This document shows positions 29,634 to 39,566 of a stretch of DNA of 64,000 bases, in pieces. The stretch spans positions 203,234-267,233 of the forward strand of contig MQUF01000006.1 of NCBI GenBank assembly GCA_001914235.1, given 5' to 3'. Position numbers and translations under genes: made by a program. The notes beneath the pieces were generated by a model. That model worked only from the letters and a program-made list of their open reading frames with translations, was not told the DNA's origin and ran no database searches. Each line of letters begins with the position of its first letter. Position 1 is the stretch's first letter. The DNA is from Desulfobulbaceae bacterium DB1. Its GTDB lineage: Bacteria > Desulfobacterota > Desulfobulbia > Desulfobulbales > SURF-16.

Positions 29634-29816
29634 ATCGGTCTCATTGGTCTTGTTGGTCATTGTGGTCTGACTGGTCTGACTGGTCTGACTGGTCATACTG
29701 GTCATACTGGTCATACTGGTCATACTGGTCATACTGGTCTTACTGGTCTTACTGGTCTAATTGGTCTTATTGGTCTGAGTGGTCTGAGTGGTCTGAGTGG
29801 TCTGATTGGTCAGACT
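29628..29816. repeat. Tandem repeat of 21 x 9 bp (GGTCNNANT on the + strand; ANTNNGACC in gene sense) filling the gap between the upstream gene and dnaE
   Basis: Unit runs include GGTCTGACT x3, GGTCATACT x5, GGTCTTACT x2 and GGTCTGAGT x3, plus single variants, all in strict 9-bp register. Confidence 0.95.
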
Positions 29817-29827
29817 GATGAGACAAG

Positions 29828-30610
29828 TCAGACCAATCTCTCCAATGCCGCAAAACTTTCTTCAACCCCGTTTTCATGGTGCGGTTCCATGGTGAGAATG
29901 GGAGAAAGTCCTCGTTGGTTGAGATAGGTGAATAATCCGTTGAAGTCAAATATGCCTTGCCCGATGGCCAGATGCGCGTCATGATCTCCATGGTTGTCAT
30001 GGAGATGGAGTTGGCCGAGCCACGGCTCAAGTTCCGGCAACCAGTCCTGCCAGCGGTTTTCGGCAAAGGCAAGCACATGCCCGACGTCGAGGCAGAAACG
30101 GGCTCGCGGTGAATCAAGGGCCTGGAGCATTTTCTTGTGCTGAGCCGGATTTGTTTCATAGGTGTTTTCCAGCATGAGCGGCGTGTCATGTTCCGTTGCC
30201 AGGGCGAGAAGTTCGCGCCACCCCTCAAGGGAATAGCGGAACCACTCTTTTTCCTTGTACCCGTGCTTGTTTTTTTCAAAGCCGAGATGGCAGACAATGG
30301 ATCGGGGTTGAAATACCGGGATCAGGTCAAATGTCCTGCGGATCTTGTCGCGGCTGACTTTGCGGATATACGGGTCGAGAGCACCGACGGACAGTTCAAA
30401 AAAAGGCGCGTGCAGGGTGCATCCAAGGTTGTGGGCGGCAAGCTGCCGTGCAACCTGGATAAAATCTTCCTTGTTCCCGTTGTATAAAACGTCGCCTTCA
30501 AGTCCGATTTCCGGTTGCAATCCCTCGGAAAGAAACCGATCAAGGTTTGCCTTGAGATAGGCGAAGGGGGCATTGACAAAGCAACGCGATTTGAGATGCG
30601 GCAGCGACAT
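29828..30610 (-). CDS. Sugar-phosphate isomerase/epimerase (xylose-isomerase-like TIM barrel)
   Basis: LHAPFFELSVGALD, VCHLGFEK, LMLENT, FCLDVGH and HLHDNHGDHDAHLAIGQG. Confidence 0.8.
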   Translation of the reverse strand: MSLPHLKSRCFVNAPFAYLKANLDRFLSEGLQPEIGLEGDVLYNGNKEDFIQVARQLAAHNLGCTLHAPFFELSVGALDPYIRKVSRDKIRRTFDLIPVFQPRSIVCHLGFEKNKHGYKEKEWFRYSLEGWRELLALATEHDTPLMLENTYETNPAQHKKMLQALDSPRARFCLDVGHVLAFAENRWQDWLPELEPWLGQLHLHDNHGDHDAHLAIGQGIFDFNGLFTYLNQRGLSPILTMEPHHENGVEESFAALERLV

Positions 30611-30618
30611 GATTCGGT

Positions 30619-30792
30619 TTAATCCTCTTCAAGGGGTTTTGCCTCATCGATCAGCATGATGGGGATGTCGTCCTTTATTTCATAGACAAGCCTGCAGGTG
30701 CGACAGATCAAACCGTTTTCCGTTTTGTTGAGTTCAACCGGGCCCTTGCATTTCGGGCAGGCCAGGATATCGAGCAGTTCTTTTTTGATCAT
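30619..30792 (-). CDS. Trm112/YcaR (UPF0434) family small zinc-ribbon protein (57 aa; below the ORF-track cutoff)
   Basis: My own translation gives MIKKELLDILACPKCKGPVELNKTENGLICRTCRLVYEIKDDIPIMLIDEAKPLEED. Confidence 0.85.
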   Translation of the reverse strand: MIKKELLDILACPKCKGPVELNKTENGLICRTCRLVYEIKDDIPIMLIDEAKPLEED

Positions 30793-30839
30793 TGGTTACC
30801 CCTTAAAAAAAATGTGGATGCGTGAGGCCCCTTGCCGAA

Positions 30840-31718
30840 TCATTTTTCCTGATCTGAAAAAAATGTTGCAAGACTGCTGGACAGATCCGGCAGCTGAACT
30901 CCGAAGACACTGTGCACTTTCCGGCAATCCAGAACTGAGTATTTCGGCCGGGGTGCGGCTGTCGGGAACTCTTCACTGGTGATCGGTATAATTTCTCTTA
31001 CTTTAACGGGATGAATTTTTCTTGCAAGATCTAAGATGAGGGTGGCGAATTCATGCCAGGTCACCGCGGTTGCCCCGCAACAGTGATAGGTTCCCCAGCA
31101 GTTCGTTTGTCCTGCGCGGATTTTTTTTGCCATGTTCAGCAGGGCCAGAGCGAGATCGCCGGCAAAGGTGGGACACCCCAGTTGATCATCGACCACTCTT
31201 AGTTCATCTTTTTCCTGCCCCAGGCGCAATATGGTTTTGACAAAGTTGCGGCCATGGATGCCGTAAACCCAGGAGGTGCGGATAATGAGATGGCTCGCCA
31301 GCCGTGCCCGCACCTCCTCTTCCCCGGCTGCCTTGCTCCTGCCGTATATGCCGAGGGGAGCAGTGGGTGATGTTTCCGCATAGGGCCTGCTTGCCCGGCC
31401 GTTAAAAACATAATCAGTGGAGAGATGAATAAGCGGTATGTGCTCCAAGGCGCAGGAGGCAGCGAGCCATGCCGGCCCATCCCTGTTTACCGACCAGGCC
31501 ATTTCCTCTTCCTCTTCCGCCTTGTCAACCGCCGTATAGGCGCCGCAATTGATCACCAGATCAGGAGAATTTCCCCCAATCTCCCGGAAAACGGCCTGCC
31601 TGTCGGTAATGTCAAGAGCGTTCCGGTCAAAGCCGATGATCCGGCAACCATGGAGGGGGCCTTTCCGCAGCAGTTCCCAGCCGACTTGGCCGTTTATGCC
31701 GGTTACAAGAATTTTCAT
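30840..31718 (-). CDS. rfbD: dTDP-4-dehydrorhamnose reductase
   Basis: Start at MKILVTGINGQVGWEL. Also LINCGAYTAVDKAE, STDYVFNG and PLGIYGRSKAAGE. Confidence 0.92.
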   Translation of the reverse strand: MKILVTGINGQVGWELLRKGPLHGCRIIGFDRNALDITDRQAVFREIGGNSPDLVINCGAYTAVDKAEEEEEMAWSVNRDGPAWLAASCALEHIPLIHLSTDYVFNGRASRPYAETSPTAPLGIYGRSKAAGEEEVRARLASHLIIRTSWVYGIHGRNFVKTILRLGQEKDELRVVDDQLGCPTFAGDLALALLNMAKKIRAGQTNCWGTYHCCGATAVTWHEFATLILDLARKIHPVKVREIIPITSEEFPTAAPRPKYSVLDCRKVHSVFGVQLPDLSSSLATFFSDQEK

Positions 31719-31722
31719 GGGT

Positions 31723-32280
31723 TCATCCGGGATAGCGGGGCAGATTTCCGGGGAAAATATCCTGCAGAACGGGGAATTGCTGATCCTTGGACGAGAGCAG
31801 GAAATTGTCGCCCGGCCAGCTGATGGCAAGTTGGGGATCGGAAAAGATGATGCCTCCCTCACAGTCGGGAAAATAAAAATCACTGCATTTATAGACAAAA
31901 GAGGCGGTATCGCTCAACACGACAAAGCCATGGGCAAACCCAGGCGGGATGAAGATCTGTCTTTTGTTTGCGGCAGAGAGTTCGACCCCTATCCATTTGC
32001 CGAAGGTTGGCGAGCCGATCCTGATATCAACCGCCACGTCAAACACCGCTCCCTGGGCAACATGGACGAGTTTTGCCTGGCCATGGGGGTGCTGGTAGTG
32101 CAGACCGCGCAGGCTGTTTTTTCTGGAAAAGGAGAAATTGTCCTGCACGAATGCAACCGTGATGCCTGCTTTCTCATATTTCTCCTTGTGATAGGTTTCC
32201 ATGAAAAAACCGCGGTTATCCTCAAACACACGGGGTTCAAGTATTACCACGCCGGAAAGTTCCGTTTCAATCACGTGCAT
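31723..32280 (-). CDS. rfbC: dTDP-4-dehydrorhamnose 3,5-epimerase
   Basis: [26 protein letters not shown] and [14 protein letters not shown]. Confidence 0.93.
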   Translation of the reverse strand: MHVIETELSGVVILEPRVFEDNRGFFMETYHKEKYEKAGITVAFVQDNFSFSRKNSLRGLHYQHPHGQAKLVHVAQGAVFDVAVDIRIGSPTFGKWIGVELSAANKRQIFIPPGFAHGFVVLSDTASFVYKCSDFYFPDCEGGIIFSDPQLAISWPGDNFLLSSKDQQFPVLQDIFPGNLPRYPG

Positions 32281-33154
32281 AAAGGATTTCCTCTTGAATG
32301 AGTTTCATCAGGTACTGGCCATAATTATTTTTCATCAAGGGGAGCGCCAGTTTTTCAAGTTGCGTATTGTCAATATATTTCATGAGATAGGCGATTTCTT
32401 CGATACAGGCTATCTTGAGCCCCTGTCTTTTTTCAATAACCTCAATAAATCTTGAAGACTGAAGCAGGGAATCATGGGTGCCGGTATCAAGCCAGGCGAT
32501 GCCGCGGCCTAATTTTTCAACATGAAGCACCCCCATTTCCAGATAGGCGCGGTTGATGTCGGTAATTTCCAGTTCGCCCCGTTGTGATGGTTTGATTTGC
32601 GCCGCGATATCCGCTACCCGATTGTCATAGAAGTAAAGTCCGGTGACTGCGTAATTTGATTTCGGCACAACAGGTTTCTCCTCAATATCAATAACCCGCC
32701 CTTCCTTGCCGAAGGTGATAACCCCATAGCGCTGCGGATCACTCACCTGATAGCCGAAGATCGTTGCCCCTTGGGTCCGGGCCGACGCCCTGTGAAGTTT
32801 CTCAGGCAATCCATGCCCGTAAAAGAGATTGTCGCCGAGGATCATGCAGACGTTCTCGTTGTCGATAAAGTCCCGCCCCAGGATGAATGCCTGGGCCAGG
32901 CCCTCTGGTTTCGGCTGCTCAACATAAGAAAAGGTGAGACCCCACTGTGAACCGTCGCCGAGAAGTTCCTGAAAGCGGGGAAGATCCATGGGTGTTGAAA
33001 TAATGAGAATATCCCTGATTCCGGCCAGCATGAGAACGGAAAGGGGGTAATAGATCATCGGTTTGTCATAGACAGGCAGGAGCTGTTTGCTGACTACCTG
33101 GGTGATGGGATACAGGCGGGTGCCTGACCCGCCGGCAAGAATAATTCCTTTCAT
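32267..33154 (-). CDS. rfbA: Glucose-1-phosphate thymidylyltransferase
   Basis: Start at [18 protein letters not shown]. Also [33 protein letters not shown] and [10 protein letters not shown]. Confidence 0.95.
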   Translation of the reverse strand: MKGIILAGGSGTRLYPITQVVSKQLLPVYDKPMIYYPLSVLMLAGIRDILIISTPMDLPRFQELLGDGSQWGLTFSYVEQPKPEGLAQAFILGRDFIDNENVCMILGDNLFYGHGLPEKLHRASARTQGATIFGYQVSDPQRYGVITFGKEGRVIDIEEKPVVPKSNYAVTGLYFYDNRVADIAAQIKPSQRGELEITDINRAYLEMGVLHVEKLGRGIAWLDTGTHDSLLQSSRFIEVIEKRQGLKIACIEEIAYLMKYIDNTQLEKLALPLMKNNYGQYLMKLIQEEILYARD

Positions 33155-33155
33155 T

Positions 33156-34238
33156 TTACCTCTTTTCGTAGTTGAGTTCCAGCCATTGGCGATATGCCCC
33201 GGAGCGGACGGAGTCGACCCATGCCATATTGGCCAGATACCAGTCAACGGTTTCGTTCACGGCCTCTTCAAAGGTGGATATCGGCATCCAGCCCAGTTCT
33301 TTGCTTATTTTTGTTGCGTCAATGGCATAGCGGAAGTCATGGCCCGGGCGGTCTTTGACAAAGGTGATAAGCGACTCTGAGACGCCCGCGGATCTTCCCA
33401 GCTTGTCGTCCATGATTCTACACAGCAGGCGGACGATGTCAAGATTTGAGCGTTCAGCCCCGCCGCCGATATTGTAAGATTGTCCCGCTGTTCCGTCCTC
33501 AAAGACACGGAGCAGGGCTGCGCAGTGGTCAAGTACATAAAGCCAGTCCCGGACATTGCTGCCGTCACCGTATACCGGCAACGGTTTTCCCGTCAGAATA
33601 TTGCATAGTATGAGCGGAATAAGTTTTTCAGGAAACTGAAAGGGACCGAAATTATTGGAGCAGTTGGTGATGACAAAAGGCAGGCCATATGTTTTCCCGT
33701 AAGCCCGGACAAAATGATCCGAAGCGGCCTTGGATGCGGAATACGGGCTGGAGGGGTCATAGGGGCTCTTTTCGGTGAAAGCGCCAACCGGACCCAGGCT
33801 GCCGTATACCTCATCGGTGGAAACATGATGGAAACGAAAATCCGCAGGTCTGCCACGTCTGTCCCAGGAATTAAGGCTTGCCTGCAACAGGGCGCAGGTG
33901 CCTCCGACGTTGGTGTCAACAAAGACTTTCGGCCCCTGAATTGAACGGTCAACGTGTGATTCCGCCGCAAAATGAATAACACCCTTTAATGGATATTTGT
34001 TGAAGAGTCCGGCAAGCAGATCTGCATCACGGATATCGCCGTGGATAAAGGTATGGCGATTGCGGTGTTCCACCGGCAGGCCGGCGAGACTGGTCAGGTT
34101 TCCGGCATAGGTCAGGGCATCGAGATTAATTACCCGCAGATCAGGCCGATTTTTGAGAATGAAGTGGATGAAGTTGGCGCCGATGAAACCGGCGCCGCCC
34201 GTCACCAGGATATTTTCTGTAGTAATCTGATTATTCAT
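33156..34238 (-). CDS. rfbB: dTDP-glucose 4,6-dehydratase
   Basis: [34 protein letters not shown] and [11 protein letters not shown]. Confidence 0.95.
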   Translation of the reverse strand: MNNQITTENILVTGGAGFIGANFIHFILKNRPDLRVINLDALTYAGNLTSLAGLPVEHRNRHTFIHGDIRDADLLAGLFNKYPLKGVIHFAAESHVDRSIQGPKVFVDTNVGGTCALLQASLNSWDRRGRPADFRFHHVSTDEVYGSLGPVGAFTEKSPYDPSSPYSASKAASDHFVRAYGKTYGLPFVITNCSNNFGPFQFPEKLIPLILCNILTGKPLPVYGDGSNVRDWLYVLDHCAALLRVFEDGTAGQSYNIGGGAERSNLDIVRLLCRIMDDKLGRSAGVSESLITFVKDRPGHDFRYAIDATKISKELGWMPISTFEEAVNETVDWYLANMAWVDSVRSGAYRQWLELNYEKR

Positions 34239-34645
34239 CTTTTTTCATAAATTAGAGGGTATTGGCAAGGATGAGTTAAAATAAAATCCCAAGTATACAA
34301 TATTCTTTTTTCATACTTGACGGGTATAGGGTATTTTGATAGCATAAATAGTTTTTCGTTAGCTGATCGCCAGCCGGCGCCGGAAAGAAAGAATTTACAT
34401 AGTATACCGTATTCAAGATGACCGAAAAAACCGTATTTGCAATGAGCAGGAATAACAATTTCAGGGGATTGGGGGGCATATGCCCGTTTCACCGCGGAAA
34501 ATTCAACAACGGGAGATTGGTATTTTATTTTTTCGTATGAGGTCATTCTTATTTCCATCATCAAGTACCTGAACTCTTCCATTTTTTCAACCCCTATGAT
34601 TTCCTTTTTTTGCAACGCTGTATCGATCTTTTTTACGGAAAACAA
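34235..34645 (-). CDS. Hypothetical protein (AT-rich, orphan)
   Basis: 136-aa ORF whose stop overlaps the rfbB start by 4 nt. No motif recognised. It may be spurious and lie within a divergent promoter region. Confidence 0.25.
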   Translation of the reverse strand: MFSVKKIDTALQKKEIIGVEKMEEFRYLMMEIRMTSYEKIKYQSPVVEFSAVKRAYAPQSPEIVIPAHCKYGFFGHLEYGILCKFFLSGAGWRSANEKLFMLSKYPIPVKYEKRILYTWDFILTHPCQYPLIYEKR

Positions 34646-34668
34646 ACAACAAATTACTCTCAGTGAAT

Positions 34669-35808
34669 ATGAAACTGGCCTTCCTTATCAATAATTATTA
34701 TCCATATGGCGGGTTGGAAAAAAATTTTTTGCGTATCGCCCGGGCCTGCCTTGATAGAGGGCATACCGTCACCGTCTTCACCATGTCCTGGCAGGGAGAA
34801 AAACCGGAAGGCCTTGCAGTAGTTCTCGTGAAAGTTCGTGGCCTGACAAATCACGGTCGCTCTCAAGCTTTTGCGTGGCAACTCAGCAAACATCATTATA
34901 CCGCCGGCTTTGACCTGATAGTGGGTTTTAACCGCTTGCCCGGACTGGATCTCTATTACGCGGCGGATGTCTGCTACGTGCTTGATATTGTCCGGCGGCG
35001 CGGCTTTTGGGCGCGACTCACGGCTAGGTATCGCACCTATGCCGGCTTTGAGAAGGCGGTTTTTGCTAAGAAATCAGCAGCCTGCATCATGTATCTCTCT
35101 GAAGCGGAAAAGAACAATTATATAAGTGTCTACAACACCCCGAAAGAGCGCTTTCACTATCTGCCACCCGGCATTGACCGGGAGCGGATTCGGGCCGAGC
35201 TGCGTCCCGAAATCCGCAGGCAGACCAGAGAAGAGTGCGGGGTGGGGGACGGGCAGTTCATGCTGGTTATGATCGGTTCGGATTTTGTCCGTAAGGGGGT
35301 GGCCCGGGCCATTGTTGCCCTGGCTGCCCTGCCGCGGGAAGTGCGGGCGCAAACCCGCCTCTTTGTCATCGGCAAGGGGGACGCCAAGAAAATGGAACGT
35401 CTGGCAGCCCGGGCCGGCGTCAGGGACCGGGTGCATTTTCTTGGGGCGCGGCCCGACGTCCCCCGTTTTTTGGCCGGGGCTGATCTGTTGATGCACCCGG
35501 CGGTGACGGAAAATACCGGAAATGCCATTCTAGAAGCCATGGTGGCCGGGCTGCCGGTTCTGGCTACGGAAATCTGCGGCTACTCCTTTCATGTCACCAG
35601 GGCGAATGCCGGCTGTCTGGTTCCGGAACCATTCACGCAGCAGGAGATGAACAGGGTTCTTGGCGCTATGCTCAGCCCTGCTGAGTTGAAAATTTGGGGA
35701 GAAAACGCTTATGCCTACGCGGACCGGGAGGATCTGTACAGCCGACCCCAGGCGGCGGTGAGAATCATCGAAGAGACGGCGGCACGTAGAAAAGGTGGGG
35801 TGCGTTGA
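34669..35808 (+). CDS. waaG: LPS core glucosyltransferase I-like (WaaG/RfaG-type GT4)
   Basis: Collinear by eye with E. coli WaaG: YPYGGLEKNFLRIA, NRLPGLDLYYAADVCY, GSDFVRKGV and HPAVTENTGNAILEAMVAGLPVLAT. Start at MKLAFL (34669). Confidence 0.8.
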   Translation: MKLAFLINNYYPYGGLEKNFLRIARACLDRGHTVTVFTMSWQGEKPEGLAVVLVKVRGLTNHGRSQAFAWQLSKHHYTAGFDLIVGFNRLPGLDLYYAADVCYVLDIVRRRGFWARLTARYRTYAGFEKAVFAKKSAACIMYLSEAEKNNYISVYNTPKERFHYLPPGIDRERIRAELRPEIRRQTREECGVGDGQFMLVMIGSDFVRKGVARAIVALAALPREVRAQTRLFVIGKGDAKKMERLAARAGVRDRVHFLGARPDVPRFLAGADLLMHPAVTENTGNAILEAMVAGLPVLATEICGYSFHVTRANAGCLVPEPFTQQEMNRVLGAMLSPAELKIWGENAYAYADREDLYSRPQAAVRIIEETAARRKGGVR

Positions 35809-36698
35809 TGCAAGATCTGGCCGCCCCTGTTGACATTGTCGAATACCTGGGCCATGATCCCGGCTCGTCCTGGCGGCTTGTCATCAACGTCCTGTATCAG
35901 CAGCAGCTGCAAAGCGCCGGTTTGCGCACCTTTGAAGACTTTTATGATCTGCACCTTGGCACGCTCATTAAAAAAATTAAGGAGCGCTCAGTCTACCGCT
36001 GTGAAATCGCAGGCACGGTCTTTTTTTTGAAAAGGCATGACCGGGAACAACAACAGAAAAAAGGACTCCGGCCATCCTCCTCCCTTGTCTGGCAATCGGA
36101 GGGCGGCAAGGAGTTTGTCTATTTTTATGATTTCCGCAGGCATGGCCTGGCCACGGCAGTGCCTGTGGCCATGGGGGAGAGGGTGTATGAGAACGGCACC
36201 GTGGACTCTTTTTTTCTGACCGAGGATTTTTCTCCCTATGTGCAGCTGGAAGAGCTGATCCGCAATCAGCCGGACCGGCTGGCCGGCCTGCAGCACACAC
36301 TGTTGCGAAAGAATATTCTGCGGGGTGTGGCAGGGTACGCCGGAAAAATGCATGCCAGCGGCTACAACCATCTTGATTTCAACGCCACCCATGTCCTGCT
36401 GGCTAATATTGACAGCGGCGCGCCGGACATAGCTCTTTTTGATCTGCAGAGAATCGACAGAAACACCCTGGGCCGCTTCCGCTGGCCGGTCAAGGCCCTG
36501 GCCGAGTTCAATTACAGCAGCAGGGAAAATGCCATCTTCTCCGACAGCGAGCGTTTTTTGCTTTTTCAGGTTTATCTTGCCAAAGAGGGGCAGTCTCTTA
36601 ACCTGCTTGAGCGGCTGACCTGGCGCTGGATTCGCTCCAAAACGGAGCGCATAGCACGCCATGCGGACAGACGCAGGGCAAGAAAAAAAGTTGGGTGA
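35805..36698 (+). CDS. Lipopolysaccharide kinase (Kdo/WaaP/InaA family)
   Basis: VFFLKRHD, GKMHASGYNHLDFNATHVLL and DLQRID. It sits next to waaG, as in core clusters. Confidence 0.75.
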   Translation: MMQDLAAPVDIVEYLGHDPGSSWRLVINVLYQQQLQSAGLRTFEDFYDLHLGTLIKKIKERSVYRCEIAGTVFFLKRHDREQQQKKGLRPSSSLVWQSEGGKEFVYFYDFRRHGLATAVPVAMGERVYENGTVDSFFLTEDFSPYVQLEELIRNQPDRLAGLQHTLLRKNILRGVAGYAGKMHASGYNHLDFNATHVLLANIDSGAPDIALFDLQRIDRNTLGRFRWPVKALAEFNYSSRENAIFSDSERFLLFQVYLAKEGQSLNLLERLTWRWIRSKTERIARHADRRRARKKVG

Positions 36699-36808
36699 CA
36701 GCGCTCTTCTTTGCTCATCCCGGTAAACTCCTTCTTGCAATTAAAAGGCATCTCATTTACTATCCCGTGTTTGTTTCTCTTACTTTCTGGGTTTTCTGAT
36801 ATTTTATT

Positions 36809-38560
36809 ATGAATAAATCATCTCTTACACAGCTGTTTCAAAGAAAGGTCTGGCGTTTTGTCAGCCCTTATGCCGGATCGGTGCTGCTGGCGGTTGTCTT
36901 CAGTCTGATCTCATCAGGCGCCAGCGGCGGCATCGCCTGGATGGTAAAACCGGTTATTGACTCGATCTTTGTTGAGAAAAAATATGCCGTGCTTACCTGG
37001 CTCCCCCTGGCCATCATCTTTCTTTATTCCCTCAGGGGCGGGAGTCAGATGGTCTATTCACTCATGATGCGTTCTGCCTCGCTGAAGATGGTTAGGGATT
37101 TAAGGATTAGAACATACAGCCACCTGCTCAGGTTGCCACTCTCTGTTTTCGGTTCCGAGACTTCGGGTAGAATCATTTCCAGAGTGATTTATGATATCAG
37201 CATGTTACAGTCTTTGGTTTCGGACACCCTCCTTACCTTTTTCAAGGAAGGACCGACCGTTATTGTCATGCTCGTAGTTGCTTTTTACCGGAAATGGGAT
37301 GTTGCCCTGTTGGCACTCGTTGTTTTGCCGGGAATGATCCGCTTGACGCACCGTTTCGGCACTAAGGTGAAGAGGCAGAAGGGCAAAGCCCAGCAGACTC
37401 TCTCCACCATCACTCATCAAGTCGGTGAAAGTGTAACCGGGTTGCGGGTGGTGAAAATTTTTATCAATGAAGAAAGTTTTGTCAGCCGTTTCATGAATGA
37501 GTGTTTGAAACATTACGGACAGGAATATAAAATCATCCGTCTCAAGGAAATGATCAAATTCCTCAGTGACGTGGCCAGCGGCGTAGGTGTAGGTTTGGTG
37601 GTATGGTATGGTGGTCTGCTTGTTGTGAAAGGGGTGATCACAAGTGGAGATCTTTTTTCTTCTCTGGGTGCGATCATCATGGTGCTTTCCCCCATGAAAA
37701 AAATCGGGGATTCTTATACCATTCTTCAGGAGACAGTGGCGGCTATTGATCGTTTGGAGTGGTTGGAACAGCTTCCAGAGGAAAAGAGTGGAACGGTTCG
37801 TGTCGACTCCTTTCAAAAGGAGATATGTTTCGAGAATGTCTCCCATCGTCATAATGGCAATGATGAATACGCCTTGCAGAATATCGATCTCAAGATACAC
37901 AAGGGTGAAATATTGGCCATTGTCGGGGCAAGCGGCGCCGGGAAAAGTACATTGATTGATTTAATTCCTCGGTATTTTGACCCATCTGAAGGCACAGTGT
38001 TTTTTGATGGTCATGATATACGGACGATTGATCTTGCCGATTTACGCGGGCTTATCGGGTTGGTGAGTCAAGATGTTATTCTCTTTAACGGATCAATCCG
38101 GGAAAATATGGCGTTCGGAAAACCTGATGTTACCGATGCTGATATTGAAAAGGCCTCGAAGCTCGCCAATATTTATGATGTCATCATGGAGCTTCCTGAT
38201 GGTTTCGAAACCGTACTTGGTGAAAGAGGTTTAAATCTTTCCGGTGGCCAGCGGCAACGCATCGCTATAGCCCGGGCAATATGCAAGAATTCACCGATTC
38301 TCATTCTCGATGAGGCAACATCGGCGCTGGACAGGGTTAATGAACAGTTGGTTCAAAATTCGCTGGAAAAATTAATGAAAGGCAGAACGACGATTGTTGT
38401 TGCCCATCGTCTTTCCACCATTCGCAATGCTGACAGAATCCTGGTGATGGATCATGGAAAAATAGTTGCTTCCGGCAGCCATAATCACCTGATGGAGAAT
38501 TCTCCCGCCTACAAACAACTCTACCACACGATGAATGTTCAGGAGATGGAAAGCGTCTGA
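36809..38560 (+). CDS. msbA: ABC transporter permease/ATPase, MsbA-like lipid exporter
   Basis: Six-TM N-domain, Walker A GASGAGKST, LSGGQRQRIAIARA and ILILDEATSALD. Confidence 0.8.
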   Translation: MNKSSLTQLFQRKVWRFVSPYAGSVLLAVVFSLISSGASGGIAWMVKPVIDSIFVEKKYAVLTWLPLAIIFLYSLRGGSQMVYSLMMRSASLKMVRDLRIRTYSHLLRLPLSVFGSETSGRIISRVIYDISMLQSLVSDTLLTFFKEGPTVIVMLVVAFYRKWDVALLALVVLPGMIRLTHRFGTKVKRQKGKAQQTLSTITHQVGESVTGLRVVKIFINEESFVSRFMNECLKHYGQEYKIIRLKEMIKFLSDVASGVGVGLVVWYGGLLVVKGVITSGDLFSSLGAIIMVLSPMKKIGDSYTILQETVAAIDRLEWLEQLPEEKSGTVRVDSFQKEICFENVSHRHNGNDEYALQNIDLKIHKGEILAIVGASGAGKSTLIDLIPRYFDPSEGTVFFDGHDIRTIDLADLRGLIGLVSQDVILFNGSIRENMAFGKPDVTDADIEKASKLANIYDVIMELPDGFETVLGERGLNLSGGQRQRIAIARAICKNSPILILDEATSALDRVNEQLVQNSLEKLMKGRTTIVVAHRLSTIRNADRILVMDHGKIVASGSHNHLMENSPAYKQLYHTMNVQEMESV

Positions 38561-38580
38561 ATGAAGTAGGGGGAGAATGT

Positions 38581-39480
38581 ATGTCAGGTGTAAGCGATCA
38601 CCAAGACTCAATATGTCTATCTCAGGAATCCATGTATATGTCACTTAAGAAAACATTTTATGCTTTTCGCGAGGGAATAAAAAATTCCTTTTATCGAAAT
38701 AAAAAGATAATTACGGCAAGTAATCCAAAATTTACCCTCCATTTTGATACTTATTATACAGATGATGTCCGGCAATTAATCCGCCTGTGTTCCCGGATCA
38801 GAAGAAACAGGTGGGAGAGAGATCTAATCCAACTCTGTTTTGACCGTATTAAGCCTGATGAAACTGTATTGGAAGTTGGGACATGGATAGGTAACTATTC
38901 AACTTTACTTGGAAAATATATAGTTCCACAGGGGATGGTTTTCGGTTTTGAGCCCGATTCTGTTGCATTCCGTCAGTGTTCCATCAATCTGATTCTCAAT
39001 GATGTTCATAATGTTTTTTTGGAAAGAACTGCCCTTTCGGATTCAATCGGTTTTTTGGATCTGTATACCAATAGAATTTTCGGTAATTCCGGTTCGTCAA
39101 TTTTTGCCACTAACCCGGTAGCAGATGGTGCTGAACACATGAAAATTCAGGTTCCTTGTATCACTCTTGACAGATTTGTTGAAGCATTTCAGATTTCCCC
39201 AACCACTATAAAAATTGATGTTGAAGGAGCTGAAGACTTGGTGATTCATGGAGGGAGAAAAACTCTGCAAAAAAAAGATGTAAAACTTTTTGTGGAAATT
39301 CATACTCCATATCTTCAGTCCAGAGGAAAATCCCCAAGGGATATTTTCCGCCAATTGTCCGATCTCGGCAAAACTATTTATATGGTTGAAGATTTCGACA
39401 ACGCACCTATTAAGAAAGGGAAAATTATCGATCCGGCAACGTCGATCGAAATTCCCAATTTTCATATTTTTGCTGCATAA
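38581..39480 (+). CDS. FkbM-family SAM-dependent methyltransferase
   Basis: VLEVGTWIGNYS, FGFEPDSVAF, ALSDSIGFLDLY and IKIDVEGAEDLVIHG. The start may be Met at 38638. Confidence 0.75.
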   Translation: MSGVSDHQDSICLSQESMYMSLKKTFYAFREGIKNSFYRNKKIITASNPKFTLHFDTYYTDDVRQLIRLCSRIRRNRWERDLIQLCFDRIKPDETVLEVGTWIGNYSTLLGKYIVPQGMVFGFEPDSVAFRQCSINLILNDVHNVFLERTALSDSIGFLDLYTNRIFGNSGSSIFATNPVADGAEHMKIQVPCITLDRFVEAFQISPTTIKIDVEGAEDLVIHGGRKTLQKKDVKLFVEIHTPYLQSRGKSPRDIFRQLSDLGKTIYMVEDFDNAPIKKGKIIDPATSIEIPNFHIFAA

Positions 39481-39566
39481 ATTTGGCGATTTTTCTGATA
39501 AAAAAACATGCAAGGGAAGTTTAAAAAAAATGATAATACTGAATCTTGGCATTTTGAAATAATGTG

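Noticed and set aside
29634-29732. The N-terminal extension MTSMTSMTSMTSMTSQTSQTSQTTMTNKTNETD as genuine DnaE coding sequence.
   Set aside because: DnaE homologs begin a few residues before FVHLH(V/R)H, which matches the Met at 29633. The extension is purely the 9-bp repeat read in frame. Translation cannot be excluded, so it is reported as a finding rather than annotated as CDS.
29268-29927. A + strand ORF with a collagen-like GLTGLTGHTGHTGHTG... stretch.
   Set aside because: It is the antisense reading of dnaE plus the 9-bp tandem repeat. It has no start context and no independent support.
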